Of a stretch of DNA of 64,000 nt, positions 36,883-48,765 are shown in pieces; position 1 is the stretch's first letter, and every line of letters starts with the position of its first letter. The position numbers and the translations under genes were made by a program. The stretch is from Octopus vulgaris (Eukaryota). The stretch covers positions 208,692,001 through 208,756,000 of the forward strand of contig OX597815.1 of assembly GCA_951406725.2 (NCBI GenBank), written 5' to 3'. The notes beneath the pieces are model-generated. The model saw only the letters and a list, made by a program, of their open reading frames with translations, was not told where the DNA came from and did no database searches.

Positions 36883-37476
36883 GATAAACCAATAAATAAA
36901 TACAGGCTTAGGCTGAAACACAGTAATTTTGATGGTAAGAATGTGGCAGGTGAAATTACTATTAGATGGTGGTGGGAATCATGGGTTGGGGAAAAAAAAG
37001 CAACAGCAAAGAGAATGCCATTTGCTTTAGTTCTGGGATGTAGTGGTGATAATGATTGAAGTAATAAAGATTAATAGCAGTTTATTTTGCATTCTAGTGA
37101 CACCTGTTATAAGGGATTGGCATGGTACAAACACGTGCTTCAGTGTATATGTCGTTGACTTTGAAAGTCCATATGTTGAGGAGCAATTGGAGAAAAGGGT
37201 AAAAATAAAAGACGATGTGAAAATAAGAGAGATGCAAAAGTAAAAAAGAATATGCAGAGTTTGTTGGAACAAGTGGACTTGTAAAGCAAAATTAAAATTC
37301 AGTGTGATTAAGTATTAAGTGAAGAAAAATCTGTTTGTTAACTAATTTGTATGTTAGTTAATTAAATCTCCTGTGTTGGAAGGCAGTGAGTTAATAATGC
37401 AGCTACTTGAATGGCAGGATTGAAAGAAATTAGGGCTTGACAGAAGGCAAGTTTAATGGGCTGTATATATCTTTAT

Positions 37477-37782
37477 GTGGAGGTGCAATGGCCTAGTGTT
37501 TAGGGCAGCGGACTCGCGGTCGCAGGATCGCGGTTTCGATTCCCAGACTGGGCGTTGTGAGTGTTTATTGAGCGAAAACACCTAAAAGCTCCATGAGGCT
37601 CCAGCAGGGGGTGGTGATCCCTGCTGTACTCTTTCACCACTCTTTCTCCCACTCTTTCTTCTGTTGGCCTTCTCGCTTAGCCAGCGGGGTGGCGTCATTT
37701 GAAGGCTAAAACAATGCGAACGCATTGTGACCAGCGATGTGTAACAACATCTGATGGTCTGGTCGGTCACGTGATCACGTGA
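37477..37782 (+). mobile_element. SINE family D, 3' module type 3
   Basis: Same head and middle as type 1 up to CTCTTTCACCAC, then a different 3' part ending TCACGTGATCACGTGA; TSD TATATCTTTAT. Confidence 0.88.
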
Positions 37783-37959
37783 TATATCTTTATATAGTGC
37801 AAGGGAATTGAAAATATCTGATATAAATTCAAGGCGTAAACTGAACAATCAAGTGAGGAGGAGAGAGTATCTTCACTGCTGTTATGAAATGCATTTGAAT
37901 TATTAAATCTGCTCCCACAGCTGAAGAAGATTGGCTTGGAAGAGCCCTGTGCTGATGCC

Positions 37960-38225
37960 ATGTTTTTATGCACACCTTCTGGTGCCACGTAAAAATCCCT
38001 CAAGCTGGTGCCGTGTAAAAGCACCCATGCTGGTGTCATGTAAAGACTGGTGCTGGTGCCTTGTAAAAAGTACCAAGCACACTCTGTAAAAGTGGTTGAC
38101 ATTAGGAAGGGCATCTAGCTGTAGAAACCATGTCAAAGCAGACAGTTGGAACCTGGTGCAGCTCTGGTCAAACTGCCCAACCCATGCCAGTGTAGGAAAA
38201 TGGACATTCAATGATGCTGATGATT
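37960..38225 (+). mobile_element. Family B element, diverged
   Basis: Short GGTGCC(A/G)TGTAAAA units, ATTAGGAAGGGCATCTAGC, (GAT)-like tail. Confidence 0.75.
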
Positions 38226-38547
38226 TGAAGTGTGACAAAAGGCATGTTTCATAGCGATATGACTGGGCTGGGAATCATGAGAAGCTGTTAGTTTTATAGG
38301 GTTAAGGGAGCAGTGAATGAACTGGAAAGGTAAGGAAATAAGTTATGGTTGGTAACTTACGGGAAGATGGAAGAACACTAGACAAGGCTGTAATAATGAA
38401 GTGATACAGGCCTTTGTACTTAGAGCTGTATTGTGTGAAAATGTGTATGAAATAAAGACTTAGGGAGGAACAATAACTAATGGATTTAAGGGGGGCAGAG
38501 GCAAGTAATAAGAGAACATGAAATCTATGGGAGAGGGGATTCAATTA

Positions 38548-38785
38548 TCATCATCATCATCATCATTGTTTAACGTCCGTTTTCCATGCTAGCATGGGTT
38601 GTACAGTTCGACCGGGATCTGGGAAGCCAGGAGGCTGTGCCAAGCTCCAGTCTGACCTGGCAGTGTTTCTACAGCTGGATGCCCTTCCTAACGCCAACCA
38701 CTCTGTGAGTGTAGTGGGTGCTTTTTATGTACCACCAGTACAGGGGCCAGAGGAGGCTGGTAAACGGCCATGATCAGTTGGTGCT
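38548..38785 (-). mobile_element. Family B element
   Basis: (CAT)n tail plus conserved body. Confidence 0.85.
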
Positions 38786-39324
38786 TAGCTTAGAAAACCA
38801 TAAAAGCAGAAACTGATACACTATGCACTGAGAAATTAATAAAGTCCTTTGAAGGGTTAGGGGTTAAGTGGCTTATACCCCTGTAATGAAATTTAGAAAC
38901 AAAACTCACAAATAAATCAGTAAAGATTAAGGGTGAAGAAACTCTAAAAGTTGAAGCAAAAGAACTGAAATGTAAAGAAGAAATGATATAGGAATGGGAA
39001 AGTAAATGTATAAAAGTCTTCAAATTTGTCAATGAATCCTGAATTATTGAGATTTATGCAGTTAAAGATGACTAAATAAAGTTTATGTATAAAGATTAAA
39101 ATTAAAAGCTGATAGTTTATAGTTTATGAACCGTTCTTATTAGCAAAGTGCTAAGAAGAAATCTTCAGGGGTTGTGAATATTAGTTGTAAATTAACTCCT
39201 GTTAATGGAATCATTGTGTGTTGGTTAAGGAGAGGGTAAAATGTATAGATGTAGCTCAGCTGATACACAGAAGTTAAAGGGAATTTAAAAATTGTATGAT
39301 AACTGTATTAGTCAAACAGACAAA

Positions 39325-39640
39325 GTGAATGCTCAGAGGTTAGGGCATCAGGCTCACAATCATGGGGTAGCGAGTTCAATTCCGGGACGGGGCTGTATGT
39401 TGAGTTCTTGAACGAGACACTTTATTCTACATTGCTTCAGTTCACTCAGCTGTAGGAATGAGTTGTGACATCACTGGTGCCTTTGCTTTTCCTTTGGATA
39501 ACATCAGTGGTATGGAGAGAGGAGGCTGGTATGCATGGGAAACTGCTGGTCTTCCATAAACAACTTTGCCCAGACTTGTACCTCAGAGGGGAAATTTCTA
39601 AGTGCAGTCCCCTGGTCATTCATGACCAAAGGGGGTCCGT
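39325..39640 (+). mobile_element. SINE family E
   Basis: Colinear with the reverse complement of 8433-8764. Confidence 0.8.
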
Positions 39641-40140
39641 CTTCTTCTTCTTCTTAGAGAGACAAAAAATAACGTTGACACAGGTTCCCAGTTCATGTCA
39701 GTGTGTAGCACCTTGGGCAAGTGTCTTCTACTATAACCTCGGACTGACCAAAGCCTCATGAGTGGACTAGGTTGATGGAAACTGAAAGAAGCCTGTCAAA
39801 TGTGTGTGAGTGTATGTGTGTGTGTATTTGTGTCTGTGTTTATCCCTCATCACCTTTTGACGACCACTGTTGTAGCTTGGCAGTTTGGCAAAAGGAGGTG
39901 ATAGAATAAGTACCTGGCTTTAAAAACTAATTGCTTTTCAAGGTGGTGCTTCAGCATGGCCTTAGCCTAATGACTGAAAGAAGTAAAGGCTAAAAGGTAA
40001 TGTAAGTGTATTGATTTATTAATCGTATGATAATAAGAGCATGTAATAACTGTGATACAGGTATAGTATAACATGGAAAATACTGAGATATCTTGTATGG
40101 ATATGAAATCTCAGAGTTAAAAGGATATAAACATATATAT

Positions 40141-40346
40141 CCCTTTCGTTACTGTATTTATTTTGAGATGCTCTGTGTTTCTTTCAATTACTTTAAATAT
40201 AACAATGAATTTAGTAAAATAACTTAGTTATCATTAAGCTAGTGTTACAAACATAAATTGTGACTAAGGTTTGGGGGAAGATTTTAATTCAAAACTTATG
40301 AAAATAAGACATTTGAACTCAGAGCCAGAGCCGGTTTTGGTAATGA

Positions 40347-40351
<5 letters not shown>
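40141..40351. mobile_element. piggyBac-type MITE M1 flanked by ATAT
   Basis: ATAT|CCCTTTCGTTAC...GTAATGAAAGGG|ATAT. Confidence 0.88.
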
Positions 40352-40395
<44 letters not shown>

Positions 40396-41168
40396 CATAT
40401 AAAAATTGCATATGGAAATATACATGAAAATACAAGGACCCAATATTTGATACAAAATATCAAAACATACAATGGTGTAAACACATGAACAAATATTAAA
40501 ATTCAAAATCTTAGGAAATATGAGGTAACATAAGGGAAATACCAAAAAATATAATGAGAAAAAGTGAAAAAAAATATCCATTCGGAGCATGATAGGAGCA
40601 GCGCTTATGGAGAGGGTGAAGAATATGAGTAGAGAAGTAACAATGATAGAACCCGTAGAACATGGAAATCAATGTTTCTTGACCATTCTTTACATATGGA
40701 CCCCTTTCATTCTTATTTTACTGTAAAAGCTGAAGGCGTTAGGAATGGCATCCTGCCGTTGAAACCATGCCACAAAAGACAATTGGAGTCTGGACAGCTC
40801 CCAGCTGGCCGGTTCCATGTCAAACTGTCCAACCCATGCCAGCATTGGAAAGTGGATGTTCAATAATGATGACGACGACGACGATGGTGATAGATCCTTA
40901 TTGCCGTTCAATGTTTACAAAAAAAAAAATCACGCATTTTTATAATTGAATATTATTAGGAATTGTATAAAAACTATTATGAAATATTTTGGGTATTGTA
41001 GAACTATAACCAATTTATTGCTGATGAATCATAGATTTAATTGGCTCACTCAAATTTCTGACTTTGTTCCCAAGTTGGAATTCTTTATCATTGATATTCA
41101 TGATTATCTGGTTCATTCATGGATAGTTTAGACCACCAGGCAAAATACCTTGCAATATTTATTTCCGA

Positions 41169-41615
41169 TAAGGCAGTGAGCTGGCAGAATCATTAGCATG
41201 CCATGGAAAATGCTTAGTGGCATTTCGTCCATCTGTACATTCTGAGTTCAAATGTTGCCTGGGTTGACTTTACCTTTTACCCTATTGGGGTTGATAAAAT
41301 AAGTACTGTTTGAGCACTGTGATCGATATAATCGACCCCCTACTTCTTTGGCAATGCTGGCTTTGCACCAAAAATTTGAAACCAATATTTAGTGCTGATT
41401 AGGCAGGGAGCTGACCAAATCATTTGCACACTGGGAAAAAAAAAATGCTTAGTGGTGTTTTGTCTCTGTATGTTCTGAGTTCAAATTCTGCCAAGGTTGA
41501 CTTTACCTTTCATCCTTTTGGGGTTGATAAAATAAGTACCAGTTGAGCACTGATGTTGATGTAATCGATTAAGCGCCCCTGGAATTGCTGGCCTTGTGCA
41601 AAAATTGGAAATCAA
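41169..41615 (+). mobile_element. Two adjacent SINE family C variant copies
   Basis: Each has an AGGCAG(T/G)GAGCTG head, GAGTTCAAAT, GTTGACTTTACCTTT, GATAAAATAAGTAC and a GCTGGC(T/C)TTG...AAAATT(T/G)GAAA end. Confidence 0.78.
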
Positions 41616-42594
41616 ATATTTAGTTATGATACTTCACATTCCGTTATGGTCAACTCTTTCTTATAATCTTCTCAGATTGATAAAGTGGTGTACTATTTGT
41701 ATAATAGTTTCGATGTAATCCCAACCCTTCACTTCAAAATTTGTGCCATTAAAAACTATTATTGCTATTTATGTTGTCATAATAGTAAAGATGGTGGCTT
41801 TTCAGAAATTTTATAACAATAAACTGGATGTTAATCTTATTTAACTTTACACCCTTCCTTGTCTCTCAGTTCAAATCCTACTGTGTTTTACTTTGCTCAT
41901 CATTCTTCTCAGGTCATTGAAATAAGCATCATAATTTACTGTGATTGACTTTAACCCATCCACCAAAGAAAACTGTTCTTTTTACTTCAAGTAAAAAGCT
42001 CCTATTGATTTATTTAACCTTATTGTTATTACTACTATTATTATAATCACGATGACCCTTGCCCTGCTGTAGTGATAAGTTCTCTGTAAACTGTGTCTGC
42101 TTTTGATTCCTTATTGGAATTTTATCACTAATGTTGGCAATGTCTTTTGGAAGATCATAGAAATTACAGAATTTCCATTTCCCCCACCATCTTCTCTAAA
42201 TCTAAGATGTTGAGTCTGTTTAAGAAATCAATAATGCTCTTTAACAATTCAGATTCTCGATTCACATTCTATAGTTCAATAATATATTTTACTGTAAAAT
42301 CTCACACGTTTCACTACATTAAAAGTAATTTATGTTTGCTCGCTTAAATATGTCTTCTTGGAACTTTTCGATGCAGTGATGTAAACATTTTGTTCCTTGC
42401 ATTTATGTGGCAAATGATGAATGCTTTTTGCCTAAGTGATAATTCTTCTGCAATGGAGGCAGTAGTATTAGGACTGATAGTGGTGGTAGTGATGGTGGTG
42501 GTTGCATTGTTGTTTTGCCTCAAGGGAACCTTGGTGGAGCAGACCTATAATCAAGATTATTCTAACTCCACTAACCCTGTCTTTTATTTCTAGA

Positions 42595-42835
42595 TACGTA
42601 AAAAACACCATTTGAGCGTGGCCGTTGCCAGTACTGCCTAACTGGCCCTTACATCGGTGGCACGTAAAAGCACCCACTACACTCTCAGAGTGGTTTGCAT
42701 TAGGAAGGGCATCCAGCTGTAGAAAGTCTGCCAGATCAGATTGGAGCCTGGTGTAGCCATCTGGTTTGCCAGTCCTCAGTCAAATCATCCAACCCATGCC
42801 AGCATGGAAAGCGGACGTTAAACGATGATGATGAT
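42595..42835 (+). mobile_element. Family B element
   Basis: GGAAGGGCATCCAGC motif and (GAT)n tail. Confidence 0.85.
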
Positions 42836-44113
42836 GTATGTTGGTGCCTATTCTTTTACGTGTTTCAGTCATTTGACTGTGGTCATGCTGCAGCACTGCC
42901 TTGAAGGTTTTTTGTTTCAGTTGAACAAATTCAATCCAGGACTTATTTTTTAAGCCTAGTACTTATTTTATTGGTCTCTTTTGCCGAACCGCTAAGCCTC
43001 TCATGTGCTTTTTAACCCTTTAGTGTTCAGATTAATCTGTTAAATGTAATACTTTTTTCACTCAAATTATTTTCAATTAATCATACATTATCTTACAGCT
43101 TTGAAGTTTTGATGGTGTGATAGTTTATTCTTAGAATGTCAATGTAGGTTAGGTGTGTGGGGCTAGATATGGCCAGTTTGAATGTAAAACATGTAGGATA
43201 TTTGGGCCGGATAAGCTCTCTGTTGTTTCTCCTCAATGGCTGGAATTATGAGTTCAGCGATTTGTGCAATTTGTTGTGCCACAGGGCCTTCTCCTAAGTT
43301 CTAGGGGGAGATGCTGGAGTTCTTTATATGCTTCTTCAGCATATCCCTGTATCACAACCTTTGGCCACCATCCTGAGGCAGTTCAGCATAGAAAACTCCC
43401 TTTGGGAGCCTGCCACCCTCCATCATCTTGCAAATATATATATCTCACCCAGTGCAGCTGTGAGGATGTAATGAGGAATCCTAAGATATTTTGTAGAGAA
43501 TCTGTGAAAGGACATTAGATCGTTAGGTTCTAGAAGGTAGAGAAATTGTGAGGAATTTGTGTAATTTTCATGCTTAAATTGGACGTAGATTTATGCTGTT
43601 TTATATGGGAACATATTGTGCTTCTTGTGTATATTCTGTGAAATGGAGAATATTTTGTTTAATGAAATTACTCAATTGGTCAAGTTGCATGAGCTTTCCT
43701 GTGGCATGTCATCACTGTTTTGTTTCAAATCTTGATTTATCCGATGCTGTCCTGCAACATCAATTTCTTATTTTGTTGGGTGAGTTCAAGGTGGACAGTA
43801 ATCCCAAAACATTAATCCATCCGTACAATGAGTCACTTAAAAAAGACGAAACATCCTATTGTAAAAGAAGTTAATTTTTAAACATTTTTTAAACATATTT
43901 TAAACATTTTTAATATCTCTGCTGTGTCTCTCTATTGTATTTAATAACTTTGAAAAACTCATTCCCATTATACTCTACTTGTTTGCTCATATCCACAAAC
44001 ATATACACATGCATATACACACATGCACGTGTGTAAACTCACATATACACGCATGTATATATATGGCATAGTTATGTGATTAAAAACATTGTATTAATAT
44101 TAGCCAGCACTAG

Positions 44114-44347
44114 TTATTTGTTTACTACCCACAAGGAGTTAAACATAGAGGGGACAAACAAGGACAGACAAACGGATTAAGTCGGTTATATCGACCCCAG
44201 TGCGTAACTGGTACTTAATTTATCGACCCCGAAAGGATGAAAGTTAAAGTTGACCTCGCCGGAATTTGAACTCAGAACGTAATGCCAGATGAAATACGGC
44301 TACGCATTTCGCCCAGCATGCTAACGTTTCTGCCAGCTCGCCGCCTT
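44114..44347 (-). mobile_element. SINE family C monomer with TSD
   Basis: TATTA(G/C)CCAGCACTAGT duplicated on both flanks. Confidence 0.88.
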
Positions 44348-44535
44348 ATTACCCAGCACTAGTCGCACTTGTGTCTCTTTGGGTGAATAGAGTCAAAAGT
44401 TCTGTCAGATCATATTTAGATTCTCCACATTTCATACCATGGCTGAAATACAAATGACAATAGGTCAATAAAAAACAAAATAGAGGGAGTAGAGAACCAA
44501 ATCATATGATATGTTAATGTGTGTGTGTGTGTGTA

Positions 44536-45924
44536 CCGTAAAAACCCATGTAATTTGCGCACCTGTGTAATTTACGCACGTGATTTTCAGGATAAAAATT
44601 GTTAAAAAACAGCTTCTACTTGTGTAAAATTTGCACCCAAATGTTTTCAGAATTGCCAATATGACCAGGGAGGAAAGGTTTTCAATTTAGTTGTATTTAG
44701 CATAATTTAACTCACTTATGATTAGATTTTATTAAATTTTCATTAAATAAAAATAAATTTTGTTTAACAGGAATCACACTGAAAGCTACTAAATTACGAA
44801 GTGTTTGTGTTGTTTATAATAAACTTTATTTTACATTTCTTGCCCAAAAGAGATCATGCCCAATCTTTAGACATACTTCTGTATGTCTTGTCAAATCACG
44901 ATCACAGGAAAAGTTGTTTATAATTTGTATCGACAAAAACAAAGCTGATAAATATGCACCAATGTTGCAAAATAAGTTTAGTTACTAATAAACATCAGCT
45001 TGGAAGACACTTTACTCAACCGACAGAGGAAGGTAGCTGATCAAACTGATTCTGTAAACAGAATTCTGATTGGTCGAAATTGTTTTCTTGTCTGAAGCTC
45101 TGACCTTCTCCCTATTCTTGTCGGAACCTTTGATACAGAGTATCGAAATTTCAATCCCAGTCACACTTATAAAATGTCAAGCAAACTTTAAAATTTGTCA
45201 TTACCATTTTAACTGGGAGACTAAACTGATAGTTTGGTGACCTTTTAAAATAAATGGTGAAAAATCGAAAGGAGAAAATAAATAGCTTTGCAAGTTTAAC
45301 TCAGTATTTAAACAAGAGAGGTGTGAAATAAGAAGCAATTTGTTTGAATATACACATCTGTGAGGAGACATAAACAAGAATAGCAAAAATCTACTATACC
45401 AAAAGAACTGGTGATACATACATTACAAGTGTTCTATGAAGAGAACATAAATAAGATTGCTGCATAATTCAACATGAATGTGAAACTTCATTAAACATCG
45501 TATAAGGTAAATGAAGGTTTCTGTAGGAACGCTAAGTCATATTCACTTAGTGAATTCACATGTGCAAGGATGAATTATGGTGTTGTCATTGGTGTTAGAT
45601 GCAGTATAATATGGCCCAGACCATGATAACCAGCATGAATGTCAAACTTCAAAAACTAGTTAACCATTAAATGGGTTTAGCAAATTTATACAGAAAAAGT
45701 AAACATTATACCGTCCAGCATAAATAAAAGTCAACTTCATTATATTTTTTTTCTGTAAATACCTATTCTGACATTAAATGAGTCAACTTCCGCTATGTCA
45801 TTTTGCAACAAAAACAAATTCTAATAAGATTTCGGAAATGGTCTACTTGTGTAATTTATGCACATCTCCAAAGTTTATTTCTGTGTTTGCGAAAGAAGTG
45901 TGTAAATTACATGGGTTTTCATGG
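44536..45924. mobile_element. Old ~1.4-kb TIR DNA element (pogo/Tigger-like)
   Basis: TA|CCGTAAAAACCCATGTAATTTGCGCAC vs GTGTGTAAATTACATGGGTTTTCATGG|TG; subterminal repeats of TGTGTAATTTA(C/T)GCAC. No intact ORF. Confidence 0.65.
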
Positions 45925-46339
45925 TGTGCTCCTACACGCATTTTTTTCTCTCCTTGTTTTTTTCTGTGTATCTTTCTGTCGAAGAGTGTAGGCTTGAAAC
46001 GTAAAATACTTTTTCTATTTCTATTCCTGAGCGCTATACTAATACATTTGTTTGTTTGTACTCCACCTGCCTTAGTCTTCCCCCTATATATATATATCAT
46101 CTCTGTGTCTATGTTTTGTCTCCCCACAAATGCTTGACTCCTGGTGTTGGTTTGTTTACACCTCCAACAGCAGTTGTTAGTTTGGTAAAAGCTATTGATA
46201 GAATAAGTTTCAGGCTTAATAATAATAATCATGATAAAAGAAAACAGTACTGTTGTTGATTTGTTTGATTAAACCCTTCTAGGCAATGCCCCAGCATGGC
46301 CACAGTCTGATGGCTCAAAGAAAGAATGAAATATAGGAC

Positions 46340-46665
46340 TTGAAAAATAAAAATATATAGGCTGGAGGAATCGGGGGAATGGTTGGCAAGGACGAAAGGA
46401 GTGAGGTGGTATGGGCACAGGGGGGATGAAGAACATGTTCTGAGGAGGGTGATTGTGTTCAAGCTAAATGGAGCGCAGAAGTGAGGGAGACTGGGGACAT
46501 GTGAAGGAGGAGATTGGGAGGGTTGGTTCGAAAAAGGAAGATTCCCAAAACCAGGTAAGATGGTGAGATGGTGTGACGGCAGTTGCTATGGCATCGAGGT
46601 AGATCTGGCCACCCTTGCTAATGGGGACAAAAACCTGGATTTAAAGCACTGGATGATGATGATGG
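46340..46665 (+). pseudogene. RTE-clade LINE 3' end with (GAT)n tail
   Basis: ARTKGVRWYGHRGDEEHVLRRVIVFKLNGAQK*GR resembles RTE VRWYGHVLRR...VLRR...G.RK.GRP; followed by ATCTGGCCACCCTTGCTAATGGGGACAAAAACCTGGATT...GATGATGAT. Confidence 0.7.
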
Positions 46666-46884
46666 CGACGACGGTGGTGGTGATGATGATGATGATGGCG
46701 ACGGCGGCAGTGATGACGATCATGATTATGATCTGGATAATGGTGGTGGTGGTGGTGATGATGGTGATGACGACGATAGTGGTGATGATGATGATGATGG
46801 TGGTGATGATCATGACAATGATGATGATCGTGATAATGGTGGTGGTGGTGGGTGGTGGTGGTGTTGGCGGCAGCGGCGGCGGCT
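46651..46884. repeat. (GAT)/(GGT)/(GGC) compound trinucleotide repeat, an expanded LINE tail
   Basis: Directly visible; continuous with the RTE tail. Confidence 0.9.
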
Positions 46885-47234
46885 AAAGCTTGAGTGTACT
46901 TGAGCTTAAAGCATGAATGTTTGCAACGGAGTGAATTTTATGTAAGTCAAGCATCAGCTAGTAGTGTTGTGAAATCTGGTGTTGTGTCATTAGGTTTAAC
47001 ATCTAAGCGAAATAAATATTTTATTTGAAATACTAACTGTTGCCACAATATATTATAAATATATTGAAAATATTCAAAGACTGACATCACAAGAGAATAG
47101 AAAGCATGATTTATTTATGAATGTATCCATATGTTTCAAATATTTTTTCTCACTTTTTTTTGTTTTTTAGTATCTGTGGAAAGTATCTATGCATGTACAT
47201 ATGTGTGTGTATGTGTGCATGTATGTGTATCACA

Positions 47235-47272
<38 letters not shown>

Positions 47273-47439
47273 TATATAACTCTAAGTAGTTTCATGCTGG
47301 GGCACCGACCCTGGCTTTGCTATATCTTTAGTATTTGAAACTTCCCATGTATGTGTGTGTGTATGTGTGTATGTGTGTGTGCTTGCATGTGTGCATGCAG
47401 TGATGAGTAAATTGTTGCCATTTTACGTTTATAATTTAG

Positions 47440-47900
47440 AAACTCCACTTGTGAAGACCTGTTGAGGCAAGTGGAAATCGATGTCGATCAACATCAATGG
47501 AAATTGCAGCTGTGATACCAGTGCCAGTGGCACGTAAGCGAACCATCCGATCGTGGCCATTGCCAGCACCGCCCCGACTGGCCTCCGTGCCGGTGGCACG
47601 TAAAAAGCACCATCTGATCGTGGCCGTTGCCAGTGCCGCCCCGACTGGCCTCCATGCCAGCGGCACGTAAAAAGCACCATCCAACCATGGCCGTTTGCCA
47701 GCCTCGTCTGGCACCTGTGCCGGTGGCACGTAAAAAGCACCCACTACACTCACGGAGTGGTTGGCGTTAGGAAGGGCATCCAGCCGTAGAAACATTGCCA
47801 GATCAGACTGGGCCTGGTGCAGCCTTCTGGCTTCCCAGAACCCAGTTGAACCGTCCAACCCATGCTAGCATGGAAAGCGGATGCTAAACGATGATGATGA
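47440..47900 (+). mobile_element. Family B element, long form
   Basis: GAAGACCTGTTGAGGCAAG start, four GGCACGTAA tandem units, GGAAGGGCATCC, (GAT)n tail. Confidence 0.88.
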
Positions 47901-47909
47901 TAATAAATT

Positions 47910-48225
47910 TCATGCATGCGCATTGTTTGGTTTCGATTTTGTCGACTACACAGTATAGTAGGGTCAGTTGGGCACTGTCTGTGAGAAAAACAGTACCATG
48001 ATGCAATTCACTCTGCCAGAAATTTGAAAATGACATGCTGTATTGCTTGGCATTCATGCTGGAATCTCCAATACAAACATTTCAGAGAGATTGGGTGTCA
48101 ATCTGAAAACATGTACCGAGAGTGATAAAAATCAACCATCCAGTCAACATCATGGTATTTGCAGTGATCACTAGTGATGGCAACGTTATGCCTGCACTCA
48201 TCTTCCCACACTGCCTCACACTCCA
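47910..48225 (+). pseudogene. Deleted Tc1/mariner-superfamily transposase remnant
   Basis: MMQFTLPEI*K*HAVLLGIHAGISNTNISERLGVNL (HTH-like) joined to KINHPVNIMVFAVITSDGNVMPALIFPH (KHP..VMVW..I...G motif). Confidence 0.6.
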
Positions 48226-48349
48226 CTGTTTGGGAATGTGTTTACATTTATGAGTGCATTGCGTCTTACAGCAGAAACAACCGTATTCTAATGAAGTTCA
48301 AGACAATTTCATAACCCATGGCATTTTAATTTGTTATTGCTGCTTATAT

Positions 48350-48765
48350 ACTCTTACTCTTTTACTCTTTTATTTGTTTCAGTCATTTGACTGTGGCCAT
48401 GCTGGAGCAGCGCCTTTAATCGAGCAACTCGACCCCGGGACTTATTTTTTTGTAAGCCCAGTACTTATTCTATCGGTCTCTTTTGCCGAACCACTAAGTA
48501 ACGGGGACGTAAACACACCAGCATCGGTTGTCAAGCAATGCTAGGGGGACAAACACAGACGCACAAACACACACATACACATATATATATATACATATAT
48601 ACGACAGGCTTCTTTCAGTTTCCGTCTACCAAATCCACTCACAGGACATTGGTCGGCCTGGGGCTATAGCAGAAGACACTTGCCCAAGATGCCATGCAGT
48701 GGGACTGAACCTGGAACCATGTGGTTGGTAAGCAAGCTACTTACCACACAGCCACTCCTGCGCCT
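48350..48765 (-). mobile_element. SINE family A
   Basis: Full-length reverse complement copy. Confidence 0.9.

Noticed and set aside
46560-46886. Met/Val-rich 108-aa ORF
   Set aside because: Translation of an expanded (GAT)/(GGT) LINE tail.
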